From an uncultured Thermoplasmata archaeon (lineage in GTDB: Archaea; Thermoplasmatota; Thermoplasmata; RBG-16-68-12): a stretch of DNA of 64,000 nucleotides. Shown piece by piece: positions 1 to 8,112 of the stretch. Under the pieces are notes generated by a model. It saw nothing but the letters and a program-made list of their open reading frames with translations. It ran no database searches and was not told where the DNA came from. Location of the stretch: NCBI GenBank assembly GCA_963768855.1, contig CAVYJM010000006.1, positions 928,001 through 992,000 of the forward strand, read 5' to 3'. The translations under genes and the position numbers were made by a program. Position 1 is the stretch's first letter. The number at the start of each line of letters is the position of its first letter.

Positions 1-753
1 GCTCCACGCGAACTTGGCCCAACCCGGCTGGCTGATGTTGTAGTGGACGTCCCCCGAACGGACGCCGATCCAGGCGGCGGTCGCGAGGTGGCCGATCGGG
101 TAGCTGGCGTGGGTGTGGACGACCATCTTCGGAAGACCCGTCGTCCCGGACGTGAAGAAGATCAGGAGGGTGTCGCTCGATCGCGTCCGTTCCGCCTCCG
201 CGCTCTCGGGATAGCGGGAGATTTCGGAGGCTCCCAGCCATCCGGGTCGTTGGTCTCCAGCCAGGATCTTGACCGTCGCGGTCTTCCCCCGGCTCTTCTC
301 CGCCGCGTCGATCTTCTCCGCGCTCGCCGCATCGGCGAGGACGGCCGCGGGCTGGAGCTGGGAGAACCGGTACGCGATGTCCTTCTCGGTCAGGATCGTA
401 GCGGCGGGGACGAGGACGAAGCCGCCCTTAATCGCCGCGTAATAGCTGAACCAGACCTCGGGGACCACGGGGAGCATCACGAAGACCGTGTCGCCCTTCC
501 GCAGGCCGTGCTCGCGCAGAAGGTTCAGGAGCTGATTGCCCCGCGCGGCGAGCTCCGCAAAGCTGAAACGGTGCGCCCGTTCCGCCTCGTCCAGGTAGAG
601 GAGGGCCGTCTCGGAACCCCGCTCGGTCGTGTAGAGCGGCTCGAAGAGGTTCGACGCCCAATTGAAGAACTCCGGGATTGCCGGTCGGGCCCGGCGCAAC
701 GAGTCGTAGTCCTGGACCTGGATCAGCTGGAGGGCGTCGAGGACGTCAGTCAC
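1..753 (-). CDS. Acyl-CoA synthetase (AMP-forming), N-terminal part; runs off the window edge
   Basis: Manual translation from GTG at 753 (not in the ORF track): ...GLRKGDTVFVMLP...LLIFFTSGTTGLPKMVVHTH...QPGWAKFAWS, containing the AMP-binding motif. Confidence 0.88.
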   Translation of the reverse strand, partial: MTDVLDALQLIQVQDYDSLRRARPAIPEFFNWASNLFEPLYTTERGSETALLYLDEAERAHRFSFAELAARGNQLLNLLREHGLRKGDTVFVMLPVVPEVWFSYYAAIKGGFVLVPAATILTEKDIAYRFSQLQPAAVLADAASAEKIDAAEKSRGKTATVKILAGDQRPGWLGASEISRYPESAEAERTRSSDTLLIFFTSGTTGLPKMVVHTHASYPIGHLATAAWIGVRSGDVHYNISQPGWAKFAWS

Positions 754-1026
754 GAAGGCTGGACGACGGCATCAGGGACTTGATGTTTTTGTCTTGTCGA
801 GCACGGGTCCTCGGCGGGACGCGGCGGTCCGCGGCGCCGGTTCCGGTTGGGTTCTGGACGCACCGGTGGCGGTCGTGGTCATCCCATTCATCGTATGTCA
901 AGTCGCGTACATGGAGGCCGTCTATCGTCGTCGGTTGATTGTCTGAAACGGGAGCCGCACCGGGAAGCATTCGCTTCGTTGTTCGAGATCGCGTGAGCTG
1001 TGCCCCGTCTCCCCCGAGCGGAGACG

Positions 1027-1320
1027 CTACGTCCCTCGAAGCCGACGATACGCGAAGACGCTTACGATGACAAGCACCATCGACACGAGGTACCAGAACA
1101 CCACGTCGATGAGGAGGGAAACCAGCACGAACTCCGCCGATCCCAAAGGACCTCCCGGCATGTAGGCGTAGCACTGGGCGTAGAAGTACCGCGGATAGCC
1201 GATGACGGTCCCGCCCTCGATGCACATCGTGGACTTTAGGTATGCCGTGGAGAGGCCGAAGAACAAGGCAAAGAGGACAAGGGTGGGGATTTGCCACGTA
1301 AGGTACTCACTGGGTCTCAT
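1027..1320 (-). CDS. Small membrane protein
   Basis: 97 aa with two hydrophobic helices flanking a Cys-containing loop. Confidence 0.6.
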   Translation of the reverse strand: MRPSEYLTWQIPTLVLFALFFGLSTAYLKSTMCIEGGTVIGYPRYFYAQCYAYMPGGPLGSAEFVLVSLLIDVVFWYLVSMVLVIVSVFAYRRLRGT

Positions 1321-1617
1321 CGTCCGTCCGGAGGCGAATCAGCTTCTCCGCGCATAATCCCTCGGAATCCGTTAGGTGACCACAGGACGAGTGCCCCCGC
1401 GCGTCGGCACGAGCGTCCGGAAGGGCCATGCCGACGCTGGCCGTGGGTGCGGCTGCCGGAAGGGTCCTGCGGGGAAGCATGTTCGCGAAAGGGGAGTTGC
1501 CCCTCCTCATTCCCTCGAGGGATACGCGAAACCATTCAAGCGCGTCCCAAGGCCATCCCCCTGGGGCGTTGGACCCCGGGCTCCAGGGGCTCGCCCTAGG
1601 AAATGAAAGCCCTGCCG

Positions 1618-2052
1618 CTAGCGCCGGTCCGTACCCTTCGTCCTAGGGTCGTCCTTCGGGTTCGCGTAGAAGATGTCGAATGGCTTCGACCCATAGGCCA
1701 GGAAGATGCACTCCCCCGGAGTGTGAGCCACGTACCGCATGTCTCCAGGCAGGAAGAAGAAGCCTCCCTCCCGGATGGCCACGTTAGGCCGGCCGTCGCG
1801 GCGGATTGTCATGGAGCCTTTCATGAGCACCACCGCCACGTCGTTCGTGTGCCAGTGGGTGGGCACGGTGAATCCCGCGGGGAACCGGGCGATGAACGCG
1901 TACTCGCCCTCCGTCGGGTCCCCGTGCACCGTGGCCGAAGATGCACCAGGGGGCAGCGCTTCCTTCGGCTCCCATTCGAATTCCGAAGGGTTCACGACTA
2001 CCATTGGATCGTCAGTTGACTTACCTTCCATGAACTCCCCTTGGGTCGCCAC
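1618..2052 (-). CDS. Cupin-domain protein (DUF4437-like)
   Basis: HGDP...RFPAGFTVPTHWHT...FFFLPGDMRYVAH cupin motifs. Confidence 0.8.
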   Translation of the reverse strand: MATQGEFMEGKSTDDPMVVVNPSEFEWEPKEALPPGASSATVHGDPTEGEYAFIARFPAGFTVPTHWHTNDVAVVLMKGSMTIRRDGRPNVAIREGGFFFLPGDMRYVAHTPGECIFLAYGSKPFDIFYANPKDDPRTKGTDRR

Positions 2053-2240
2053 TAATGCGAGAGGCTCTCATTAATCCTGCGAAGACTCGGACGAAGCAGC
2101 CTTCCTCGCCAACTGAAAGAGTGCGGGAGGGACTCAAGAGCGAATAGCCCAGGGTTGGGTGCAAGGGGGCACCCTCAGAGCCTCGCCAGCCCGACGGACC
2201 GGCAAGCTGGGACCCAATTGGTATTACCCCGTGAGAAGAA

Positions 2241-2354
2241 TGGGTCCGTCCGGATTTGAACCGGAGTCGCCAGCACCCCAAGCTGGTAGGATTTCTTGTG
2301 GGTGGGCAGGCCGACGAGGGCCCCCGCACGCAAACCAAGCTACCCCACGGACCC
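2241..2354 (-). tRNA. tRNA-Pro(GGG) with a 41-nt intron at position 20/21 (2293-2333)
   Basis: Acceptor stem GGGTCCG/CGGACCC, anticodon arm CCAGC-TTGGGGT-GCTGG, T arm TCCGG-TTCAAAT-CCGGA; removing 2293-2333 leaves a 73-nt cloverleaf; BHB central helix CTTG/CAAG with GTT and AAA bulges. Confidence 0.92.
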
Positions 2355-2417
2355 GCGGGCGTCCTCGAACGGTTGCCGAGCTAAATAGTTTCTAGTCCGT
2401 CCCGGCGGTTCGGGCTC

Positions 2418-2609
2418 TCAACCAAAGGGGGCGACCTCGTCGATCAGTTCGGCGTGGGAGAGGATCATCCGGCGGCAACAGTACCGCGTGAGGCCCAGCT
2501 CGTCGAGGACCTTCCGCGGTTCCTCGCCGTTCCGGGTGCGCTCGACGAAGGGCTGCCATGCACTGGAGACGACCTTCCCACAGGTGAAGCAACGGACGGG
2601 GATGATCAT
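2418..2609 (-). CDS. rpoN: DNA-directed RNA polymerase subunit N (Rpo10)
   Basis: [12 protein letters not shown]...RYCCRRM signature. Confidence 0.98.
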   Translation of the reverse strand: MIIPVRCFTCGKVVSSAWQPFVERTRNGEEPRKVLDELGLTRYCCRRMILSHAELIDEVAPFG

Positions 2610-2613
2610 GGAC

Positions 2614-3015
2614 TCACCGGTACGACTTCTGGCGCTTCTTGCGCGCGCCCCGGCCGAGGGGCTTCTTCGGCAGCTTCCGCCGGGTGTCGGGCACGATCAG
2701 CGTGCGGTCGTATTCGCGGAAGAGGAGCTCGAGGTCCTGGTCGTTGAGGTACTGAACGAGGCCCCGCGCGATCGCAGTGCGGACCGCGTCCGCCTGCCCC
2801 ATCACGCCGCCTCCCTGGACATTGACGTTGATGTCGACCGTCTCGGCCTTCTTGCCCGCGAGCTTGAGCGGCTCGAGGATCTTCATCCGGGCGAGCTCGT
2901 GGGGGAAGATCTCGACGGGAACGCTGTTCACGCGGACAATGCCCCGCCCCTTCGTGAGGCTGGCCCGGGCCACCGCCGTCTTCCTCTTCCCGCTCGCCAC
3001 GACCGCCTTCGCCAT
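2614..3015 (-). CDS. rps9: 30S ribosomal protein S9 (uS9)
   Basis: [22 protein letters not shown]-terminal [11 protein letters not shown]. Confidence 0.98.
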   Translation of the reverse strand: MAKAVVASGKRKTAVARASLTKGRGIVRVNSVPVEIFPHELARMKILEPLKLAGKKAETVDINVNVQGGGVMGQADAVRTAIARGLVQYLNDQDLELLFREYDRTLIVPDTRRKLPKKPLGRGARKKRQKSYR

Positions 3016-3023
3016 GATGACAC

Positions 3024-3455
3024 CTAGAACTTGGAGCCGAGCATCCGGGAGATTTCTCCCAGGCTCATGACGGGTCCCTGCGGAGGCCGCTTCGCCGTCG
3101 CGATGGTCTCGAACGGTCCCGCCTTGTACTCCGCGGGGACGTCCATGTAGACGCGGAGGCGTTTCAACGCTTCCCTCCCGCGGGCCTGCTGGTGCGGCAC
3201 CATCCGACTAATCGTCCTCCGGAGGATCATGTCCGGACGCCGCGGGAACAGGGGCCCGACGCCGCGCATGCGGCTTGCCGTGCTCCCGAGCTCCCGCTTG
3301 TGCTTGTAGACATTGAAGACCCTGCTTCGCTTCCCGGTGATGATCGTCTTCTCCGCGTTGACGATGACGATCTCCTCGCCGCGCAGGATGCGCTTCGCGA
3401 CCTCGGAGGAGAGCCGACCGAGCACGTGACCGGTGCCGTCGATGATGACCGCCAT
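3024..3455 (-). CDS. rpl13: 50S ribosomal protein L13 (uL13)
   Basis: MAVIIDGTGHVLGRLSS...IVNAEK...PRRPDMILRRTISRMVP; start at ATG 3455 rather than the long ORF start. Confidence 0.97.
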   Translation of the reverse strand: MAVIIDGTGHVLGRLSSEVAKRILRGEEIVIVNAEKTIITGKRSRVFNVYKHKRELGSTASRMRGVGPLFPRRPDMILRRTISRMVPHQQARGREALKRLRVYMDVPAEYKAGPFETIATAKRPPQGPVMSLGEISRMLGSKF

Positions 3456-3457
3456 GC

Positions 3458-3820
3458 TTACCCCAGGATCCGGACGCCGCTGCCCTTCGGGTTCTGGACC
3501 GCGAGCTCGAGGAGGCTCACGGATCGCCCGCCGGCCGCCTCGACCTTCTTCCGCGCGGCCGCGGAGGCGCGGAACGCCGCGACGGTCACCGGAACGCTCA
3601 GGTCTCCCGTTGCGAGCAGGACGCCCGGCACGACGAGCTGCTCGCCCTTCGCGGCGTAGCGGCTGACGCGCGAGAGGTTGACCTCGGACCAGTTCTTGCG
3701 CGAGCGCTCCAGCCGGTCCGCCACATCCCGCCAGATCGCGACCCCGTTCTCGCGGGAGAGCTCCCGCAGCTCGTGCACGACCCGGGTGAGTTGAGAGTTC
3801 GTCTTGGGGGTCCTGGCCAT
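3458..3820 (-). CDS. rpl18e: 50S ribosomal protein L18e (eL18)
   Basis: KTNSQL...IWRDVA...EVNLSRVSR...VVPGVLL...AAFRAS; conserved operon position. Confidence 0.97.
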   Translation of the reverse strand: MARTPKTNSQLTRVVHELRELSRENGVAIWRDVADRLERSRKNWSEVNLSRVSRYAAKGEQLVVPGVLLATGDLSVPVTVAAFRASAAARKKVEAAGGRSVSLLELAVQNPKGSGVRILG

Positions 3821-3860
3821 GAGAAGGGGCCTCGCGAAGCGGCGTTAAACCCGTGCCCGA

Positions 3861-3870
3861 TATAAAGGTT
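3861..3870 (-). promoter_or_regulatory. TATA box (TTTATA) with A-rich BRE-like flank for the rpl18e operon
   Basis: AACCTTTATA on the minus strand about 40 nt upstream of the ATG, in GC-rich surroundings. Confidence 0.5.
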
Positions 3871-4074
3871 TGGGCGCGCTCCTCTGGAGGACGCATCGCG
3901 CCGCTCGCGCCGAAAGGTTCTCGTGCTCGCGCGCCTTGCGGGCCGGAGAGGCGTGGAGTGTTGCATCTTTTTCCGAGTCCGCGTTCCGCCCGGCCCGTTC
4001 GCGTCCGCAAAACTATTAGTATCATCCAGTGCAGAATAATAGTCCTTGGCTGAGGGCGCACCGGCGGTTCCGAC

Positions 4075-5166
4075 ATGATCCGATTTGGCCCCTCGGGGAT
4101 CCCCTTGTCCTGCAAAGGCCGCACCCTGCGGGACGGGATCGAGGACATTCACAATCTCGGACTGACCGCGATGGAGGTCCAGCTCGTCCGCGTGAACCTG
4201 AACGAGCGCTACGCGGGCGACGAGGACATCGGTCACACTCCGCGGGAGATTCCGGGCGAGCTCGTCGTGCAGATCGGGCGGAAGGAGGACCGCAAGGAGG
4301 TCCTCTTGTCGAACCTCCACGAGAAGATCCAGAAGGGCGACACGCTCTACAGCCTGGCCTCGGGCGTCGCGCGGGACTACCTCGAGCTCGAAGATCTGGG
4401 CATCCTGGCGCGGGAGCTCGACATCGAGCTCTCCCTGCATACGCCGTACTACATGGACCTCGCGGACGCGGACGGCCTCGCGGAGAAGAGCATGCAGAGC
4501 GTCATGTGGGCGGGCATGCTCGCGCAGGCGATGAACGCCTCGATGGTCATCACCCACCTGGGCATGTTCGGCGAGGTGGACCATAAGGTCGCCCTCGACG
4601 CGATCCAGAAGAATCTCCGCACGCTCCGCGACTCGTATCGGAAGGCGAAGATCCACGCGCGCCTCGGGATCGAGGCGAGCGGTCGCCAGGAGGTCGTGGG
4701 CAGCTTGGATGAGATCCTGAAGCTCACCAAGAACGTGAAGGGGATCGCCCCCGTCCTGAACTTCGCGCACGTACACGCGCGCGGCTTCGGGCTCTTCAAG
4801 CGGCCCGAGGACTTCGACGACGTTCTCGGCAGGGTGGAGAAGATCGCGGACGACGGGCATCTCCACACGCACTTCTCCGGCGTCGAGCACGCGGACGGCA
4901 ACGAGCTGCGGTACACGCCGATCAAGAAGGGGGACCTGCGGTTCGAGCCCCTCGCCGAGTGCCTCCTGGACGAGGACTACGACCTCACGATTGTCTCGTC
5001 CTCCCCGCTCCTCGAGCACGACGCGATGTACATGAAGGTCATCCTCGAGCGCGTCCTCGCCAAGCGCTTGATCCGACCCACGAAGCCGGAGACCGAGGAG
5101 AAGCCGGAGAGGCCCGAACGACCGGAGCGACCGGAGAAGCCGGAGCGGGAGACCCGGAGGCGATGA
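4075..5166 (+). CDS. Endonuclease IV-like TIM-barrel protein (AP endonuclease family 2)
   Basis: FGPSG, MEVQLV, LSLHTPYY, HLG, LGIEASGRQEVVGSLDE, NFAHVHAR, HTHFSG, SPLLEHDA. Confidence 0.85.
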   Translation: MIRFGPSGIPLSCKGRTLRDGIEDIHNLGLTAMEVQLVRVNLNERYAGDEDIGHTPREIPGELVVQIGRKEDRKEVLLSNLHEKIQKGDTLYSLASGVARDYLELEDLGILARELDIELSLHTPYYMDLADADGLAEKSMQSVMWAGMLAQAMNASMVITHLGMFGEVDHKVALDAIQKNLRTLRDSYRKAKIHARLGIEASGRQEVVGSLDEILKLTKNVKGIAPVLNFAHVHARGFGLFKRPEDFDDVLGRVEKIADDGHLHTHFSGVEHADGNELRYTPIKKGDLRFEPLAECLLDEDYDLTIVSSSPLLEHDAMYMKVILERVLAKRLIRPTKPETEEKPERPERPERPEKPERETRRR

Positions 5167-5732
5167 GCGCCGTCGTGCCGACGAAGGGCGCCGCTGCGGA
5201 GGCGTACGCGTTCCTCGTCGAGCATCTCGCCAGAGTGCTCGGCGCGGACCGCACGCAGGAGATCGGCGAGACCGTGGACATCGTCGTCTCCGCGAAGCAC
5301 GTCTTCGTGTACGGGGTCGGGCGCAGCGGGCTCGCCGCGCGCGCGTTCGCGATGCGGCTCGTCCAGCTCGGGATCGACTGCTACTTCATCGGGGAGACGA
5401 TCACCCCTGTGGTGCGAGACGGGGACGCCGTCCTGATCGTCTCGAACACGGGCGCCACGATGAGCGCGAACCAGGTCGCAAACATCGCGCGCCGCGTCGG
5501 GGCGAAGGTCATCTCCGTGACGGGAGTTCGCGGGTCGAAGCTGTCCCACGCGAGCAACATCGTCCTCCTGCTCCAGGCGAACGGCGGCGCGGAGCAATCG
5601 CGGCTCGCGCCCCTGGGCACCCTGTTCGAGGACGCGTGCCTCATCCTCCTCGACGGGATCGTGGCCCAGGTCATGGAACGCCTCCGACAAACGGAGGCCG
5701 ACATGCGGGCCCGCCACGCCATCATGGTCTGA
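5163..5732 (+). CDS. hxlB: SIS-domain sugar-phosphate isomerase (6-phospho-3-hexuloisomerase-like)
   Basis: VFVYGVGRSGLAARAFAMRLVQLG...GETITP...SNTGAT...APLGTLFE; ATGA overlap with the upstream gene. Confidence 0.88.
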   Translation: MSAVVPTKGAAAEAYAFLVEHLARVLGADRTQEIGETVDIVVSAKHVFVYGVGRSGLAARAFAMRLVQLGIDCYFIGETITPVVRDGDAVLIVSNTGATMSANQVANIARRVGAKVISVTGVRGSKLSHASNIVLLLQANGGAEQSRLAPLGTLFEDACLILLDGIVAQVMERLRQTEADMRARHAIMV

Positions 5733-5789
5733 GCGCGGACCGCGAAGACGGCGAACGCTTAAGCTTCCGAAAGGGGTGGAGGGAGTGCG

Positions 5790-6224
5790 ATGGCCAGTTC
5801 CGTGAGCGGTTTCCTCAAGACGTACGTCCTCATCGTGGTCATCTTCCTCGTGATCGCGGTGGTCCTCACGCTCCTCCTCCACTGGCCCTTCCTCGAGGTG
5901 GCCGCGCAGGTGTACCTCTGGATCGGCGTCGGCTACGTGTTCGCCTCCGTGCTGGCATGGACAGGGTTCGCCAACCTGTACCGGTACTCTCCCACCCTGT
6001 TCCTAGGGTCTCCGAGCTACCGGCAGCAGATTATCCGGGGCCAGCTCTGGAAGGAGGGCCGGGACAGCGGGTCGCTCCTCGTCGGCTCCGCCTTCGGCCT
6101 CGCGTTGATGGGGCTCGGTGCGGCCCTCTGGGATCCCCTCTTCATCGTGTTGGATTCCGCGGTGATTGCGCTCGTCGTCCTCCTGTTCCGGTACCGCCGT
6201 TCGCGCGCCACCGCGAGGGCGTGA
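5790..6224 (+). CDS. Multi-pass membrane protein
   Basis: Four hydrophobic segments in 144 aa. Confidence 0.7.
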   Translation: MASSVSGFLKTYVLIVVIFLVIAVVLTLLLHWPFLEVAAQVYLWIGVGYVFASVLAWTGFANLYRYSPTLFLGSPSYRQQIIRGQLWKEGRDSGSLLVGSAFGLALMGLGAALWDPLFIVLDSAVIALVVLLFRYRRSRATARA

Positions 6225-6276
6225 GCCGCGCTGAGATGGAATGCATTTATCTACGCGCCCCGGATACTCCGCGCAA

Positions 6277-7398
6277 ATGCCCGAGGATTTCGTGGTCACC
6301 CCCTGGGAGGTCAAGGGCTCGATTGACTACGAACGCCTGATCACCCAGTTCGGCACGGAGCGCGTCACCCCGGAAATCCTGGAGCGGATCCGGCGCAAGG
6401 CCGGCGACCTGCACTTCATGCTCCGCCGCGGGATCTTCTACAGCCACCGCGACCTGAACTGGATCCTCGATGAGTCGGAGAAGGGCCACCCCTTCGCGCT
6501 GTACACGGGCCGCGGGCCGTCCAGCGGAATCCACATCGGACACATGCTCCCCTGGTTCTTCACCCGCTGGCTCCAGGAGAAGTTCAAGGCGACGCTCTAC
6601 TTCCAGATCACGGACGACGAGAAGTTCCTGTTCAAGGACTTCGACGACCTCGGTCAGGCCACGAAGGTCGGGTACGACAACATCCTCGACATCATCGCGA
6701 TGGGCTTCGACCCGAAGCTGACCCGGATCATCATCGACACGGAATACATCCACCATCTCTACCCGATTGCGGTGGAGGTCGCGAAGCGGATCACGTTCTC
6801 GACGACCCAGGCCGTCTTCGGGTTCACGAACTCGAACAACATCGGGGAGATCTTCTACACGAGCGTCCAGGCGGCGCCCGCGTTCCTTCCCAGCGTCCTC
6901 GCCAAGAAGAGTGTGCCCGTCCTGATCCCCTGCGGCATCGACCAGGACCCGCACTTCCGCGTCGCGCGGGACGTGGCTCCGAGGCTGGGCTTCCCGAAGC
7001 CCGCGCTGATCCACAACAAGCTCCTGATGAGTCTGCAGGGCCCGGACGCAAAGATGTCTGCATCGATTCCGGAGTCCAGCATCTTCACCACGGACTCCGA
7101 GAAGGCGGCCCAGAAGAAGATCCAGAACGCCTTCACCGGCGGCCGTGCGACCGTGGAGGAGCAACGTCGCCTCGGGGCGAACCCGACCATCTGCCCGATC
7201 TTCAACTTCTACGAGTACATCTTCGACCTGGACGACGCCCACCTCGCCGAGGTCGAGCGCACGTGCAAGTCGGGCGAACGGCTCTGCGGGGAATGCAAGC
7301 TGGAGTTGTGGGGCCTCGTGAAGCCCTTCCTGAAGAAGCACCACGAGGCGCGGGAGAAGGCGAAGGACCGCATCGAGGAGTTCGTTGTCCGCGACTGA
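6277..7398 (+). CDS. trpS: Tryptophan--tRNA ligase (archaeal/eukaryotic type)
   Basis: FVVTPWEV, YTGRGPS, HIGH, GIDQDPHFR, KMSAS, GGR. Confidence 0.97.
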   Translation: MPEDFVVTPWEVKGSIDYERLITQFGTERVTPEILERIRRKAGDLHFMLRRGIFYSHRDLNWILDESEKGHPFALYTGRGPSSGIHIGHMLPWFFTRWLQEKFKATLYFQITDDEKFLFKDFDDLGQATKVGYDNILDIIAMGFDPKLTRIIIDTEYIHHLYPIAVEVAKRITFSTTQAVFGFTNSNNIGEIFYTSVQAAPAFLPSVLAKKSVPVLIPCGIDQDPHFRVARDVAPRLGFPKPALIHNKLLMSLQGPDAKMSASIPESSIFTTDSEKAAQKKIQNAFTGGRATVEEQRRLGANPTICPIFNFYEYIFDLDDAHLAEVERTCKSGERLCGECKLELWGLVKPFLKKHHEAREKAKDRIEEFVVRD

Positions 7399-7404
7399 GC
7401 CGCT

Positions 7405-8112
7405 TCACGCCATGATCCGCGTGACCTTGAACCCGTTGTCGAAGACGAGAGCGTGGTAGTCCGTGTCGTGACGCGTGCCGCGCATCTTGACGATCCGGAG
7501 CTGGCGCTGCATCCCGAACTCGCCCTGCCTCGCGAGCCGCAGGTGCACGACGCCGTCCGCGAGATACTCCTCCTTGTGCTTCGCGAAGACCTGGCTCGCG
7601 GTTGCGCCGTCGTCGCTCGGCAGCTCTCCGAGGAGGAACACGGTGCACTCCAGCCCCCGGAGCCACCGGATCAGGGCGAACAGCTCCCGCCTCACATCCT
7701 GGAACTTGGCGAGGATCTCGAGCGCGTCGAGCGAGTCGATGACGAGGAGGCGGTAGTCGAGGGATTTCCTCAGGCCCTTGGCGTACAGCTTGAAGAGGTC
7801 CATCCAAGGCTGGTCGACCGGGCCCGTGATTTTCTTCCGGAGCGCGGCGAGATCGAGCACGCTCAGGTTCCCTTCGACATCCGCGAGGCGGTAGCCCAGG
7901 CCTTCCGTGTGATCGAGGAGACTGGCGCGGCTCTGCTCGAGGGAGACGTACAGCCCCTTCACCCCGGTCCGTGCGTTCGCATGGAGCACGTGGTACGTCA
8001 GGGAGGTTTTCATCGTCCCGGGCGCGCCAGAGACGAGCACGACGCTCCCTTCCGGGATTCCCTTCCCGAGGATCTCGTCCAGGCCGTCGACGTACGTCTT
8101 GATGAAGTTCAT
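7405..8112 (-). CDS. KaiC/RAD55-like ATPase, single domain
   Basis: KTYVDGLDE, GAPGTMKTS, LVIDSLDALE, EEYLADGV, KMRGTRH. Confidence 0.9.
   Translation of the reverse strand: MNFIKTYVDGLDEILGKGIPEGSVVLVSGAPGTMKTSLTYHVLHANARTGVKGLYVSLEQSRASLLDHTEGLGYRLADVEGNLSVLDLAALRKKITGPVDQPWMDLFKLYAKGLRKSLDYRLLVIDSLDALEILAKFQDVRRELFALIRWLRGLECTVFLLGELPSDDGATASQVFAKHKEEYLADGVVHLRLARQGEFGMQRQLRIVKMRGTRHDTDYHALVFDNGFKVTRIMA

Noticed and set aside
43-783. 246-aa plus-strand ORF, and many other long ORFs antisense to real genes (e.g. 3598-5019, 16942-18552, 23426-26266, 35811-38036, 59800-62565)
   Set aside because: They are shadow frames of recognisable opposite-strand genes. High GC makes stop codons scarce, and they contain no family motifs.
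746-970. 74-aa minus-strand ORF (MLPGAAPVSD...) overlapping the acyl-CoA synthetase start
   Set aside because: The overlap is suggestive, but there is no recognisable motif or composition signal, so it cannot be supported.
1321-1617. GC-rich hairpins and several short ORFs between the membrane gene and the cupin gene
   Set aside because: No consistent structured-RNA signature or convincing protein; hairpins are expected at this GC content.
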